The notes under the pieces are model-generated. The model searched no databases, was not told the origin of the DNA, and worked only from the letters and a program-made list of their open reading frames with translations. A DNA stretch of 63,316 bases, the filler included. It is 6 parts of 6 records of this genome, joined end to end, with 100 filler letters (N's around TTAATTAATTAA, not from the genome) between each part and the next. Parts side by side here need not be neighbours in the genome. Positions count along the whole stretch, not along the records: positions 1 to 16,790 come from DRR723986_6351; 5 more parts are not named here. One strand, given 5' to 3'. The stretch's first letter is position 1. Every line of letters starts with the position of its first letter. Below are positions 1 to 10,176 of the stretch, one piece after another. The translations under genes were made by a program, and so were the position numbers.

Positions 1-120
1 AAACGGCTCGGAGAGCCGAGCGACAATCGCAGTGCCCTTGCGAATCGGATTCAATTCCTCACCATACGGCTTGGTTGGTAGTAAGCTCCGACAAGGTTTG
101 CCAGCTTCGCTGGGCAAACG

Positions 121-156
121 AAAAAAGCCAAGCGTCCTGTTGGGCACTTGGCTTTT
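121..156 (-). terminator. Rho-independent terminator after the DUF4340 gene
   Basis: Inverted repeat AAAAGCCAAG...CTTGGCTTTT with a U-tract on the minus strand, about 20 nt past the stop at 178. Confidence 0.7.
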
Positions 157-177
157 GAGATTGAACACATCGGCGAA

Positions 178-2307
178 TCAATTTCGCGGTGGTGTTTGTG
201 GGAGTTGGAGACCTGGTGGAAGACCTCCGCCCAGTGGAGCGTCGGGCAAGCCGCCGAAGCCTGGGGCTGCGGGGGCATCACCTGCGCCAGCCGGCTTGAT
301 CAACTGCTCTCGCGTTACTTTGAGCTTGGTGTAGACCGAATCACTGACCACGTAGTACCAACTCGAGAACCGAGCATTTAACTCTTGCACTTTGCGACGC
401 GCTTCATCGATCTTTTCGTTCCGCTCGTCAATCTTGCGCTGATTCGATTTATTGATGCTTTCGCGTACAGCTTGCAGCTCTTCTTCTAGTTCCTCACGCG
501 TTGGCTGCGATGCATCCTCTTGCTCAGTATCCCCTTGCTTAGAATCTTGTGCCGAAGCCTCTTCAGCTTTCGCCGGTGCGGCGGATGTATTCTCGTCCGA
601 ATCATCTGCGCCTGCGTCATCTGCGCCCGCGTCACCTGCACTCGAGCCTTGCTCCTCCTGTGGCTGATCATCTTCCTGAGGACCACAATCGTTCAAGTCC
701 TCTTCCGTTGATCCGGTATCAGACTCACTACCCGAGCTGGTTTGATTCGACTGCTCTGACTGTCCACCGTCGCTTTCAGCCTCAGTCTTCCCAGGGTCTT
801 CTGCCTTTCCGGGCTTTTCTGAAGCATTGGGTTCTTCTGCTGCGCCAGGCTCTTCGCTGCTGCCATTTTCCTTCGATGGCTTGGCTGACGACTCTTCATT
901 GGCGGATTCTTCTGTAGGCTCTGACTTGCCTTTTTCGTCCTTCTTTTCTTCGGCGGGTGCCGCGTCGTCGGCGTCAGATTCTTCTGATGAGGACTTTTCT
1001 GCGGGCGTTTCGGCGTCTCCTTTTTCGGGCATATCGGCTTCGGTGGCAGCTTCCGCCTCTGCTCCTTCGCCCCGCATCTTGAGCATGTCCTCTACAGTTT
1101 CTGGCATCACGTCCAAGTCAGGCGCAGGGAATTTAGACTCATCGAGCTGTGCAGTTACAAGTAGGTAACGGCGTAAGCCCAGGCCCTCTTCCTCTTCTTC
1201 ATCGCTCGATCCGAGACTTGCGCTTGATTCACCAAATCGCAACAGATATTGAACGCCATCTTCGGTACCGACGATCGTTTCACCGCCCGTCGCAACCATC
1301 TCAACTCCGCGAGCCGTTTCCTGCAGAAAGAAGCCCTGTTGTTGGAGGCTCCTCATCGACTCTTGATTTTCAGCCAATGACTTGTCTGCTTTCAGGTCTG
1401 CTGCGAGGCCATCGGGCTTTCTCAGAACACCGACGATCTCAAGGTCTTGCACAGCATTACGAAGGTCGTTGAGTGCAGAATCTTGAAGTTCTTCACCAGG
1501 TTGCAATTCGGTGTCAACTCCGTTGGCCCCTTCAAAAACCACGAAGCTCTCGAGCGACCACTTGCTTGTGTCCGTGTCGTAGCTTACGTCTGCGTTGAAC
1601 TTACGGCTGATTCCGTAGCTGCCCGACTGCAGAGGCACGACTGCGTAATCACGCAAGCCCAGAGCGGTGATATCAAAGCTCCGCACGTCCAGAAGTTTGC
1701 TATTGATCCAATCGGCAAACTCGGTGGTAAAAGCTTCTGTGCTCAGTTCAACTTGGTAAACAGCGTCTTGCGACGGAATTCGTACGTACCGCTGTCCTTC
1801 GGCCTTAGCAACTTCTTTTCCCACAATTAGGGATGCAAGGACCTCATCGTTGTCTCCCTTAACCCGAAGGAGCATACCAACGCCCGACTCCTCGACGCTA
1901 AGATCTTCGTCATCCGGATTGACAACTCCGTACAACGAATGATCCCCGCGATCTGTACTGATCACATTGAGAACTTCCAGCCCGATGAGAGGTGTCGTGG
2001 CATCTCGAACTTGATCCGATGCATCCGCTGGATAATCGTTGTATGAGGGTAGACGCCAAAGCGCGGTATCCGGATCCTTGACGATTGAGAACGGCTCTAA
2101 TCTTGCCAGGTCCTCATCATATTTCACAATCTCGAAGCTGTTAGCTTGACTGGGATCTTCAAACTTTTTCTCAAAAAGACTCTTGCCGGTTACGCCTTCG
2201 GCCTCCTCCGCCATATCCGTGATTGCCCCGGGACGGGACCACAGCGCGAGGGCCAAAGAAACTGCAGCGACCACAGCGAATATTGCCGTCGTTCTACCTT
2301 CGTTCAC
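178..2307 (-). CDS. DUF4340-domain protein (Gld-type ABC accessory) with a long acidic low-complexity insertion
   Basis: 709-aa ORF with an N-terminal TM anchor, 'YPAD', 'IVGK...RYVR...VY', 'WINSKLL' and C-terminal 'RFSSWYYVVS'. Third gene of a GldA/GldFG operon. Confidence 0.75.
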   Translation of the reverse strand: MNEGRTTAIFAVVAAVSLALALWSRPGAITDMAEEAEGVTGKSLFEKKFEDPSQANSFEIVKYDEDLARLEPFSIVKDPDTALWRLPSYNDYPADASDQVRDATTPLIGLEVLNVISTDRGDHSLYGVVNPDDEDLSVEESGVGMLLRVKGDNDEVLASLIVGKEVAKAEGQRYVRIPSQDAVYQVELSTEAFTTEFADWINSKLLDVRSFDITALGLRDYAVVPLQSGSYGISRKFNADVSYDTDTSKWSLESFVVFEGANGVDTELQPGEELQDSALNDLRNAVQDLEIVGVLRKPDGLAADLKADKSLAENQESMRSLQQQGFFLQETARGVEMVATGGETIVGTEDGVQYLLRFGESSASLGSSDEEEEEGLGLRRYLLVTAQLDESKFPAPDLDVMPETVEDMLKMRGEGAEAEAATEADMPEKGDAETPAEKSSSEESDADDAAPAEEKKDEKGKSEPTEESANEESSAKPSKENGSSEEPGAAEEPNASEKPGKAEDPGKTEAESDGGQSEQSNQTSSGSESDTGSTEEDLNDCGPQEDDQPQEEQGSSAGDAGADDAGADDSDENTSAAPAKAEEASAQDSKQGDTEQEDASQPTREELEEELQAVRESINKSNQRKIDERNEKIDEARRKVQELNARFSSWYYVVSDSVYTKLKVTREQLIKPAGAGDAPAAPGFGGLPDAPLGGGLPPGLQLPQTPPRN

Positions 2308-2400
2308 CTAACCAACTCCTACAAAGCGTTGTACGTTCAATGTCTTGTTACGGGGCGAAACGCCGCCCAGGGACCGCGGGACGAAATCAACTCTCTCGTT

Positions 2401-5355
2401 CTACCGAAGCCTGCTCTTGGCAATTCCCTCACGTTCGCGAACGCGACGAGTGACGAATACTCCGGCACCGACCAACAGTGGCGGAATTGGTGGGATGCAA
2501 ACGGCCGCAATTTTGTAGCGGCTCTGCAGTTGCTTGATACTGTTTTCGGCCTCACGACGGCTGTCGCGAATCTTTGCATCGCGCTCTGCCGCCAACTTCT
2601 GACGTTTGATGGCCAGTTTTCTGCGCGACGCTTGCTGCTGCTCGGCCAATGTGCTCAACGCCCCCTGCAGAATCTCGAACTTGCTTGGGTCAATTGCCCC
2701 TTCGGACTGCAGCTTGTTGACTCGTTCTTGAAATTTGGCAAGCGACTTTTGATTCTCTTCCTCAGCCTCTTTCATTTGCAAATCAAACTTCTCCTGAAAT
2801 TCCTTTTGTCGCTGAACCTCTTCCAGTCGGAATCCAGCAGCTTGATCTTCAAAGAGTGCAAGCGTTACGTGCTTCGGCTCGCGCGAGCGAATCGTAGGGT
2901 AGCTCTCCTCACCAGCGAGAACATCAATGACGTTCAAGATGAAGCTAATATTCTGAAGCCGCAGATCAAGCTCTTCGAATTGTTCGGGGCGCTTTCTGTT
3001 CTCGCTAAAGAACCGGTGTGCGAAATCGAGGTCTGCGACGTAAGCGGCGCGAATTGGTTTGGCTTGCTGCGGTGAATTCTGAACAGCTTCATCTTCACCG
3101 GATTCTTCTCCAGCTCCTTTCGAAGCTGCCTCACCGTCTACTTTACCGCTACCAGAAGCGACACCTTCAACAAGGACGGCTAGAACCTGATCTTCTTCCA
3201 AAGCGGGGCCTTGTAGTACTTGGAGCTCCGCCGAGGATGCACCACCCTCCAGATTGCTCCGCACGTCGTCAAACTTGATTCGCCCCGAAACGCTGCCTCG
3301 AGTCTTGACGAGCTCAGTGATTCGCAGGTCCTCTCGGCCAGCTTCGGTCTTGATCGCCCCAGCGTACAGGAACATGAGTTCTCGTAGTCCAGCCGTCGCC
3401 AGACTCTCTTGGTTGAGATTTTGGTCTTCGATGGATTGATTGGTGACAAACAACCACTGGTCGGTTGCATTAACCAAGTACTGAAGTTTTGGGTGCGGAT
3501 TGTATTGTTGCCACACGATGTCTGGGTTGATTCCATTCATGCCGGGGGTCTGCGGAATCTCAAGACCAAGGGTCTTCCAAAGCGGCTGCATCTCCCCCTT
3601 TGGTTCCGGTGGCTGGCCGCCCATGCCCATCATGCCACCTTGCGGCTGCTTCGGCTGCCCAGTTCCCGGTACTGCTCCGAAAGCAAACGGAAATGGGTCC
3701 TCGAAAATAGCCGTTGGAACACCAGCCTGCACCGCAGCGACAACATTCGGCAATTGAGTAGGCGTTAACGAAGAAGGCTGTGCAACCAGGAGAACGTCGT
3801 AGGAACTGGTCGAGATCGGACTGCTTGGATCGACTTCCTCGACGTCGTACTGCTTTTCTAACTCGTCAACGATCGGCTCGCGTGGAATCTGCTGGAAGGA
3901 TCCGCCAGCCATTGAGAAACCGCCCATTAGATTGGCGTCTGTTTTGACGATACCGAGCTTACGCCGTTTCGGCTGGGACACGGTGTCGATCGAACGCACC
4001 AATTCGTACTCAACTGGAATACCGGGTTCAAAGAATGGAATGACGACTTTGGACAATCCACTTCGGATGGCCGCGCCAAGCACTATCTCTTGATCACGGA
4101 ACGCTCCCTGTTCTTGCACTCGGACGCTCTGAACTTCGATTCCGTACTGTTTCTCCGCACGGATGGCTTCTTCGCCGGTTGGCTCGATGCCGTCGTTGAT
4201 TTGCACTTGTAGCTTTACTTTCCGACTGGATGCAAGTGCTTGAAATTCCTTCAGAAGAGCGATTAAGTCATAGCGAGTCTGCGCGAATCGTTCAGGAATG
4301 TCCCTCGAAATGTAAGCGTCGATGACGATCGGACGTTCTGGCTCAAGTTGCCGGATGACCGTCCGAGTCATTGGGCTGAGCGAGCTGACTTTGTCAGCCG
4401 TCGCATCGTACCGGACGCGATCGTTGTTTCGGAAGAAGTAGCTTGCCGCGAAGACGACTACAGCGAGCAACAAGATGCGGAATAGATAGTGGAGGAACAT
4501 AACGTTCCCGTTGCGACCGCCACTCCAGTGACGACGACCAATCAGAACCATGCAAAAGTACAGGCCAAAGCAGAGCAGAAGAACAAAGAACGAAATAGGC
4601 GCAAGGCTGACGACGCCGCGCCCAAAGTTATCGAACTGCTCCTCGATGGAATAAGTCGACATCGCTTGAGCCACGGCACGCTTGCCAGCGATCACGTCCG
4701 CCGCGCCGGCGAATACCAGCGGAGCGTTGAAAAGCGCGCCTAGGATAAATCCGACGGTTAAGTTGCTGGTTAAGAAGGAAGCGATCATCCCAACGGCTAG
4801 CATGGCCAAGCCGATGAACCAGTAGCCTAGATAGTTGGCTAGGAAGAGCCCTGTATCGACTTCACCTTTCGATAGGAACAGCAGCACCAAGTAAGTCGAA
4901 ACCTGCGAGAAGAGCAGCGAAACGGTGTAAATCGATGCGGTTGATAGGTATTTACCAATAACAATGTCAAAGTCGTCTGCTGGTAAAGTCAAAAGCAGCT
5001 CGTCAGTTCCCTGCCGCTTTTCATCTGCCCAGATACTCATCGTAATGGCGGGAATGAAGAACAACATGATCCACGGGAACCAGAAATTCAACTGATCCAG
5101 GTTGGCCAGGTTGGAATTGAAAAAATCGTTCGGCCAGAAGGCCGCCATACTTGTCAGCAGCACGAACAGGCACAGAAAGACGTAGCCGGTTGGATTGGCG
5201 AAATAGCCTAGGAAGTTTCGCCTTAGAACGGCATAAGCGGCCCGCTTTCGCATCGCGAGAAAACCGATCAAGACCATCGCGACGAGAATAAAGATCAAGT
5301 CGACGACGACCAAAGCCGCTAGGTTTAACAGCAATTGAACGACTTCAGATGACAT
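2401..5355 (-). CDS. Fused ABC-2 permease (GldF-like) / GldG-family auxiliary protein
   Basis: 'YFANPTGYVFL', 'PAITMSIWADEKRQGTDELLLTLP', 'RYDATADKVSSLS' motifs, then a large periplasmic domain and a C-terminal TM helix. Confidence 0.85.
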   Translation of the reverse strand: MSSEVVQLLLNLAALVVVDLIFILVAMVLIGFLAMRKRAAYAVLRRNFLGYFANPTGYVFLCLFVLLTSMAAFWPNDFFNSNLANLDQLNFWFPWIMLFFIPAITMSIWADEKRQGTDELLLTLPADDFDIVIGKYLSTASIYTVSLLFSQVSTYLVLLFLSKGEVDTGLFLANYLGYWFIGLAMLAVGMIASFLTSNLTVGFILGALFNAPLVFAGAADVIAGKRAVAQAMSTYSIEEQFDNFGRGVVSLAPISFFVLLLCFGLYFCMVLIGRRHWSGGRNGNVMFLHYLFRILLLAVVVFAASYFFRNNDRVRYDATADKVSSLSPMTRTVIRQLEPERPIVIDAYISRDIPERFAQTRYDLIALLKEFQALASSRKVKLQVQINDGIEPTGEEAIRAEKQYGIEVQSVRVQEQGAFRDQEIVLGAAIRSGLSKVVIPFFEPGIPVEYELVRSIDTVSQPKRRKLGIVKTDANLMGGFSMAGGSFQQIPREPIVDELEKQYDVEEVDPSSPISTSSYDVLLVAQPSSLTPTQLPNVVAAVQAGVPTAIFEDPFPFAFGAVPGTGQPKQPQGGMMGMGGQPPEPKGEMQPLWKTLGLEIPQTPGMNGINPDIVWQQYNPHPKLQYLVNATDQWLFVTNQSIEDQNLNQESLATAGLRELMFLYAGAIKTEAGREDLRITELVKTRGSVSGRIKFDDVRSNLEGGASSAELQVLQGPALEEDQVLAVLVEGVASGSGKVDGEAASKGAGEESGEDEAVQNSPQQAKPIRAAYVADLDFAHRFFSENRKRPEQFEELDLRLQNISFILNVIDVLAGEESYPTIRSREPKHVTLALFEDQAAGFRLEEVQRQKEFQEKFDLQMKEAEEENQKSLAKFQERVNKLQSEGAIDPSKFEILQGALSTLAEQQQASRRKLAIKRQKLAAERDAKIRDSRREAENSIKQLQSRYKIAAVCIPPIPPLLVGAGVFVTRRVREREGIAKSRLR

Positions 5356-5478
5356 GGCAAATTAGTATTAGGTTAGCAGGATGTGTTCTTGGAAAGTGAT
5401 CGTCTGCGAGACAGGGTATCCGCGTGACGAAATCAATTGTCAGATTGGTCGCCGGTTCTTCCAGTTGGCCATCGCGAC

Positions 5479-6237
5479 TTAGTCAGCGCCGGTCAACTTG
5501 TGGAAGGCTTGGTCAAGATCGTCTTGAACTGCCTTCAGCTCGTCAACGTTTCCGTCGAAGACCTTCCGGCCTTCGTTGATCATGACAACGCGGTCTGCCA
5601 TCGCCTCAACTTCTTGCAGAATGTGCGTCGAAAGCAGAATCGTTTTCGTCTCACGAAGTTTCCGCATCGTCTTTCGAACGCCACGAATTTGGTTCGGATC
5701 CAGGCCGGCCGTCGGCTCGTCAAGAATCAAGACATCGGGCTCATGGAGCAGTGCTTGTGCCATTCCGACTCGCTGCTTGAATCCTTTGGAGAGCTTCGCG
5801 GTTGGCTTGTGAGCAACTGTGCTGAGATCGCAGAGGTCAATCACGGCTTCGATCCGCTCAGCCTTTCTCTTGGCCGACATCCCACGAGCTTCGGCAAAGA
5901 AATCAAGCATGCCGAGTGGAGTCATCTCAGGGTACAGCGGTCCGTTCTCTGGCAAGTAGCCTAGATGCCTGGATCCGGCGATTCGATCGGTGAACATGTC
6001 GTGCCCAGCAATCCTGGCGACACCTTCGCTAGGAGAGAGGTAACCGGTCAGCATTTTCATCGTGGTGCTTTTACCCGCACCGTTGGGTCCGAGAAACGCA
6101 ACTAGCTCTCCTTCGTTGACGGTGAAGGACACGTCGCGAGAGGCGGCGAAAGGGCCGTAGAACTTTGACAGACCCACCGCCTCAATCATCGGGCGAGTGC
6201 CAGTATTCTGGCTATCCGGACTGGAAGTCGTCGTCAT
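5479..6237 (-). CDS. ABC transporter ATP-binding protein (GldA-like)
   Basis: Walker A GPNGAGKST, signature LSKGFKQR, Walker B ILDEPT. Start at ATG 6237 chosen; alternatives exist. Confidence 0.9.
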   Translation of the reverse strand: MTTTSSPDSQNTGTRPMIEAVGLSKFYGPFAASRDVSFTVNEGELVAFLGPNGAGKSTTMKMLTGYLSPSEGVARIAGHDMFTDRIAGSRHLGYLPENGPLYPEMTPLGMLDFFAEARGMSAKRKAERIEAVIDLCDLSTVAHKPTAKLSKGFKQRVGMAQALLHEPDVLILDEPTAGLDPNQIRGVRKTMRKLRETKTILLSTHILQEVEAMADRVVMINEGRKVFDGNVDELKAVQDDLDQAFHKLTGAD

Positions 6238-6570
6238 GAATTCCCTCGAAATAACTGTTGCAAACATCCGTTGTACGCCGGGCCGTCAACCACCAGAGGT
6301 GACTCAACTTTGACGCTCCGCATTGACGGTCGGGCCACAAGAAAATCCTGTGACAATTCACGAACTCTCAACTCCGCTATACGACTGCTCGTATTCGAAA
6401 GTTCAAAACTGCGTCTGTACTTTAACGCTCCGTCTTTGCGTCGCGGCTGGAGTTAAACGGCGTGATTCCAATCGCTCGACTGAGCTGCCGAGGTGAGCCG
6501 ATATGCATCACTGGCGCTGAGAGCGTAAGTTGTATCGAAGGCGAAGCGGCTTGCAACTGCGGGTCTCCTC

Positions 6571-6621
6571 ATCCATGCGGGCTTGAAATCCAATCCGGCT
6601 CGAAATCCATGCGAGCTCGAA
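6571..6621. repeat. Three tandem imperfect 17-bp repeats
   Basis: ATCCATGCGGGCTTGAA / ATCCAATCCGGCTCGAA / ATCCATGCGAGCTCGAA back to back in the intergenic region. Confidence 0.7.
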
Positions 6622-6787
6622 CAGAGGCACGGTCTTACCGAGTTAAACCGCCGACCGACCGCTTGAGCAGAAACATATTCACTTTAAAGAAGCCTCTTAC
6701 GCGAGCGCAGATGCCGCCAGAAACTCGCCGCACGCTAATGCATGCATAGCACCGAGGGGTTGAAAAATAAAGGCAAGCAAAGAAGGC

Positions 6788-6816
6788 TTGTCGACATTCG
6801 CAGCTAAGGCTAGAAT
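6788..6816 (+). promoter_or_regulatory. Putative sigma70 promoter of rplM-rpsI
   Basis: TTGTCG-N17-TAGAAT about 90 nt upstream of rplM. Confidence 0.55.
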
Positions 6817-6907
6817 CTGCAGCTTGTTTCGCGGAGAAGCTCTGTTTCGACCGCGAGTTGATTGCCGCTAACCCTTATTTTTACCATGGATTGGTACGCT
6901 AGCCACG

Positions 6908-7360
6908 ATGACTTTGACAAGCAAGACAACGGTTGCAAAGCCGAACGAGATTCCGAAGAAATGGTTTCACGTCGACGCAGATCAGCAAGTGCTGGGGCGA
7001 ATGGCTAGTGATATCGCGGTAATCCTGATGGGCAAGCACCGCCCAACGTACACACCTCACGTTGATACTGGCGATTTCGTCGTCGTGACCAACGCAGAAA
7101 AGGTTGTGATGACTGGCACCAAGATGGAGCGTCGTCATTACGCTTGGTACACCGGCTACACCGGCCAGAAGCTGGAAAGCTACGCTGATCGCCAGAAGCG
7201 GAAGCCAGAAGATTTGGTCATTCACGCTGTGCGTCGGATGTTGCCGAAGAATAAGCTTGCGACACAGATGCTTTCCAAGCTGAAGGTTTACGCTGGCGAA
7301 GAGCACCCACATCACGCTCAACAATGCGAAACAATCGAAGTCGGCCAGAAGAAGAAATAG
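6908..7360 (+). CDS. rplM: 50S ribosomal protein L13
   Basis: 'VLGRMAS...LMGKHRPTYTPHVDTGDFVVVTNAEK', 'AVRRMLPKN', 'HPHHAQ'. Confidence 0.98.
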   Translation: MTLTSKTTVAKPNEIPKKWFHVDADQQVLGRMASDIAVILMGKHRPTYTPHVDTGDFVVVTNAEKVVMTGTKMERRHYAWYTGYTGQKLESYADRQKRKPEDLVIHAVRRMLPKNKLATQMLSKLKVYAGEEHPHHAQQCETIEVGQKKK

Positions 7361-7424
7361 CTGACGCTCGAATCCGAAATCTCCGAAACACAATTCATTC
7401 CAATCAAACTCGTCAGAATCGACC

Positions 7425-7838
7425 ATGGTAGCAGTCAAGAAAGACAAGATTAACGGTGACGCACTCGGCACAGGACGTCGAAAGAGTTCAGTCGCGCGAG
7501 TACGAGTTCGCCCCGGTTCCGGTAACATCACCGTCAACGGAAAGCCGCTTGAGGTTTTCTTCCCAACGGTTCAGCAGCAAAATGCGGTCAAAGAAACGCT
7601 TGCTCACGTTGAACAGTCGTCGAGCGTCGACGTAATCTGCCGTGTCAACGGTGGAGGAATCACCGGTCAAGCTGGAGCGATTCGCATGGCACTGGCTCGT
7701 GCGTTGTGCAGCCACAATGAAGAGCACTTCCAGCCGCTTCGTGACGATGGATTCCTGACGCGTGATTCGCGTATGAAGGAACGTAAGAAGCCTGGTCTTC
7801 ACGGTGCACGTCGCGGTACTCAGTTCAGTAAGCGTTAA
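7425..7838 (+). CDS. rpsI: 30S ribosomal protein S9
   Basis: 'GTGRRKSSVARV', 'GGGITGQAGAIR', 'LTRDSRMKERKKPGLHGARRGTQFSKR'. Confidence 0.98.
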   Translation: MVAVKKDKINGDALGTGRRKSSVARVRVRPGSGNITVNGKPLEVFFPTVQQQNAVKETLAHVEQSSSVDVICRVNGGGITGQAGAIRMALARALCSHNEEHFQPLRDDGFLTRDSRMKERKKPGLHGARRGTQFSKR

Positions 7839-7883
7839 TCGCGACTCTGCCGCGGCACCTTCCGCGAGCAAAGAAGAACATCG

Positions 7884-7913
7884 AAACAGCACTGCACATG
7901 CAGTGCTGTTTTT
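7884..7913 (+). terminator. Rho-independent terminator of rplM-rpsI
   Basis: AAACAGCACTGCA-CA-TGCAGTGCTGTTTTT. Confidence 0.85.
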
Positions 7914-8047
7914 CGTAGTAGAACGCCGGTGAATACATCGCCGGCCTCTACTGCATACCACCTTGAACGTCGCCGCTTGGGGCTAGCGCTTGAGTCAAGC
8001 GATCCCTCAACCGGTAATCGTCCCCACTGCGAGCAAAGAGACTCCCC

Positions 8048-8719
8048 TTGGCCGCTCTTCCACGCCCTAGCACGAGCCATCAAGTTGCCGCTCCGACCAA
8101 TCGCGACTGGTTGAGCAAATTGACCGGGCGTTCGATCATTCTTGCTGCTCGCGTCGTCAGCGGTTACACGGTCCGGTGGGTCGACTGCCAGCCCGACACC
8201 TGCCAGCGCATCTACTTTGCCAACCACACAAGTCACCTAGATGCAGTCGTTCTGTGGTCAGCCCTGCCGTCCGACATCCGCAGCCTAACACGGCCCGTGG
8301 CAGCCAAGGACTACTGGGACAAAACGGCATGGAAGCGGTTCTTGGCCAAGAGCTTCAACGCACTGTTGATTGATCGCAAGAAGATCAAGGTGCACCAGAG
8401 CCCTGTTGATTTGATGATCCGAGAGATTGGCGACATCTACTCGTTGATCGTCTTTCCCGAAGGCGGTCGCGCCGAAGATGGGAACATGGGTGAATTCAAA
8501 AGTGGAATTTATTACTTGGCCAAGAAACGACCGGACTTAGAGCTGGTGCCTGTCTACATGGAAAACCTGAATCGCATCTTACCGCGTGGCGAGGTGATGC
8601 CGGTTCCGCTGCTAAGCAGTATTTCCATCGGTCATCCAATCTGGCTTGAGTCTGGTGAGCCCAAGGCGGCCTTCCTCAAGCGGGCTCGCTCGGCCGTCCT
8701 GGCTCTAAAGGACGCTTGA
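8048..8719 (+). CDS. 1-acyl-sn-glycerol-3-phosphate (lysophospholipid) acyltransferase, PlsC family
   Basis: Catalytic 'ANHTSHLD', 'FPEGGR', 'FKSG' motifs. Start uncertain. Confidence 0.9.
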   Translation: MAALPRPSTSHQVAAPTNRDWLSKLTGRSIILAARVVSGYTVRWVDCQPDTCQRIYFANHTSHLDAVVLWSALPSDIRSLTRPVAAKDYWDKTAWKRFLAKSFNALLIDRKKIKVHQSPVDLMIREIGDIYSLIVFPEGGRAEDGNMGEFKSGIYYLAKKRPDLELVPVYMENLNRILPRGEVMPVPLLSSISIGHPIWLESGEPKAAFLKRARSAVLALKDA

Positions 8720-9054
8720 AGAGCAGGTGCCAGCACGGCGGCTCGCCTCGAAACGAAGTCGCCTTTACATCTGAGCCAGGATCTTTGCGAAACCTTGGTG
8801 GAGAGCTGTAACGTCCCATTCACCTCGGCGTACTGGTGGCAGTTCCAACTTCAGCGGCACCGTACCAGTCCACGAATGCAGGCAAAATAGGCTTCAAACC
8901 TCCCCTCAGGGCTTTACACGCAAACTGGGTAAACCAAAATCCACACCGTCGACAAGCTCGCGACCTTGTCGAACGCCCGCCCCGGCCTTAGCTCCAACGA
9001 TGGATGGCAAAGATGGCAATTAAACTCGATCTGGACAAATCGACCGAAACCAAC

Positions 9055-9522
9055 ATGCGTTTTCGCCAAATAGATGCGATCACGCTATTTGAACCTGGTA
9101 AGCGGATCGAGGCCCAAAAGCTCCTGACCGGTGATGAAGACTACCTGAAAGATCACTTTCCAAGATTTGCCGTCATGCCCGGCGTCTTGATGCTCGAATC
9201 GCTCTACCAAGCGGCGAATCTGCTGGTTCGATCCGCAGACGATTTCAAGGCAGGCTTGGTAACGATGAAGGGGGCAAAGAACGTCAAATTCGCCGATTTC
9301 GTCCAGCCTGGACAGGTCCTGGAGATCCAAGCTGAGATCTTTAAACGTGATGGCCAGACATTTACTGTCAAGGCAAGCGGTAAGAAGGGCGATGAGTTAA
9401 CAGTTTCAGGACGAATCGTCATCGAAGCCAAGGTGAGCGAAAATCCCACCATGGACGAGCAGTTCGCAGCCCGGTATATGAAGCAATTGACCCAGAGGCT
9501 GCAGGCGGCGTCTATTTCCTAG
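9055..9522 (+). CDS. FabZ/FabA-like 3-hydroxyacyl-ACP dehydratase (hotdog fold)
   Basis: 'DHFPRFAVMPGVLMLE' (His...Glu dyad) and 'VKFADFVQPG'. The ORF could start at 9004. Confidence 0.85.
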   Translation: MRFRQIDAITLFEPGKRIEAQKLLTGDEDYLKDHFPRFAVMPGVLMLESLYQAANLLVRSADDFKAGLVTMKGAKNVKFADFVQPGQVLEIQAEIFKRDGQTFTVKASGKKGDELTVSGRIVIEAKVSENPTMDEQFAARYMKQLTQRLQAASIS

Positions 9523-9604
9523 CCGAAAGATCGATATAATCTCCGCCTGCGTCCAGCATTTGACATGATAACACGCCGCTTCGGCGTCGTACTTTGACAA
9601 TAAG

Positions 9605-9637
9605 ATTGCCGCCATTGAGCGGCGGCAATAGTTCTTT
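9605..9637 (+). terminator. GC-rich hairpin just upstream of the ACP gene (terminator or mRNA-stabilising stem)
   Basis: ATTGCCGCC-ATTGAGC-GGCGGCAAT followed by AGTTCTTT. Confidence 0.4.
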
Positions 9638-9654
9638 AGTTTAGGAATTTAAAC

Positions 9655-10038
9655 ATGGCAAGCTCCGAAGAAGTCTTTGAGAAGGTCAAGGATGCGCTAG
9701 TTGACGCACTGGGCGTTGACGACGACGAAGTAACGCCTGAGGCGACAATGGTGGGCGACCTCGGCGCCGAATCAATCGACTTCTTGGATATTGTTTTCAA
9801 GCTGGAAAAAGGCTTCGATGTCAGCATTCCTCGGGAGGAGCTATTCCCCGACGATATCCTGACCAACGCAGAGTACGTTCAAGATGGCAAGGTCACCGAC
9901 GATGGTGTTGCTGCTCTGAAAGAGCGTCTGCCATGGGCTGACTTGTCGAAGTTTGAGACCAATCCAAGAGTTCAGGACTTTGGAAACTTGCTAACGGTAA
10001 ACGATTTGTGCCGCTACATCCAAAGCAAGCTTTCCTAG
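9655..10038 (+). CDS. Acyl carrier protein, long planctomycete type
   Basis: 'DLGAESIDFLDIVFKLEKGF' phosphopantetheine Ser motif, with an insertion of about 45 aa before 'TVNDL'. Confidence 0.88.
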   Translation: MASSEEVFEKVKDALVDALGVDDDEVTPEATMVGDLGAESIDFLDIVFKLEKGFDVSIPREELFPDDILTNAEYVQDGKVTDDGVAALKERLPWADLSKFETNPRVQDFGNLLTVNDLCRYIQSKLS

Positions 10039-10176
10039 CGAACTAGATTTCGAAGAGACGTTTTGCAACGCGCAAGTGCCTTGCAGCGTCTCTGACGCAA
10101 GTTGATCTAAATCGGTGCGACCAGCGTCGCACCGAACGGCTGTGATGCTCTGCTGGTTTTCGCTCTCGCTGCACTC

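Noticed and set aside
1-54. Possible gene start on the minus strand (TTG AAT CCG..., MNPIRKGTAIVARLSEPF) after GAGGA
   Set aside because: Only 18 codons before the window edge, so it cannot be supported.
178-6237. Gliding motility machinery
   Set aside because: GldA/F/G-like ABC modules occur widely in non-gliding taxa, and no T9SS/gld core genes are present here.
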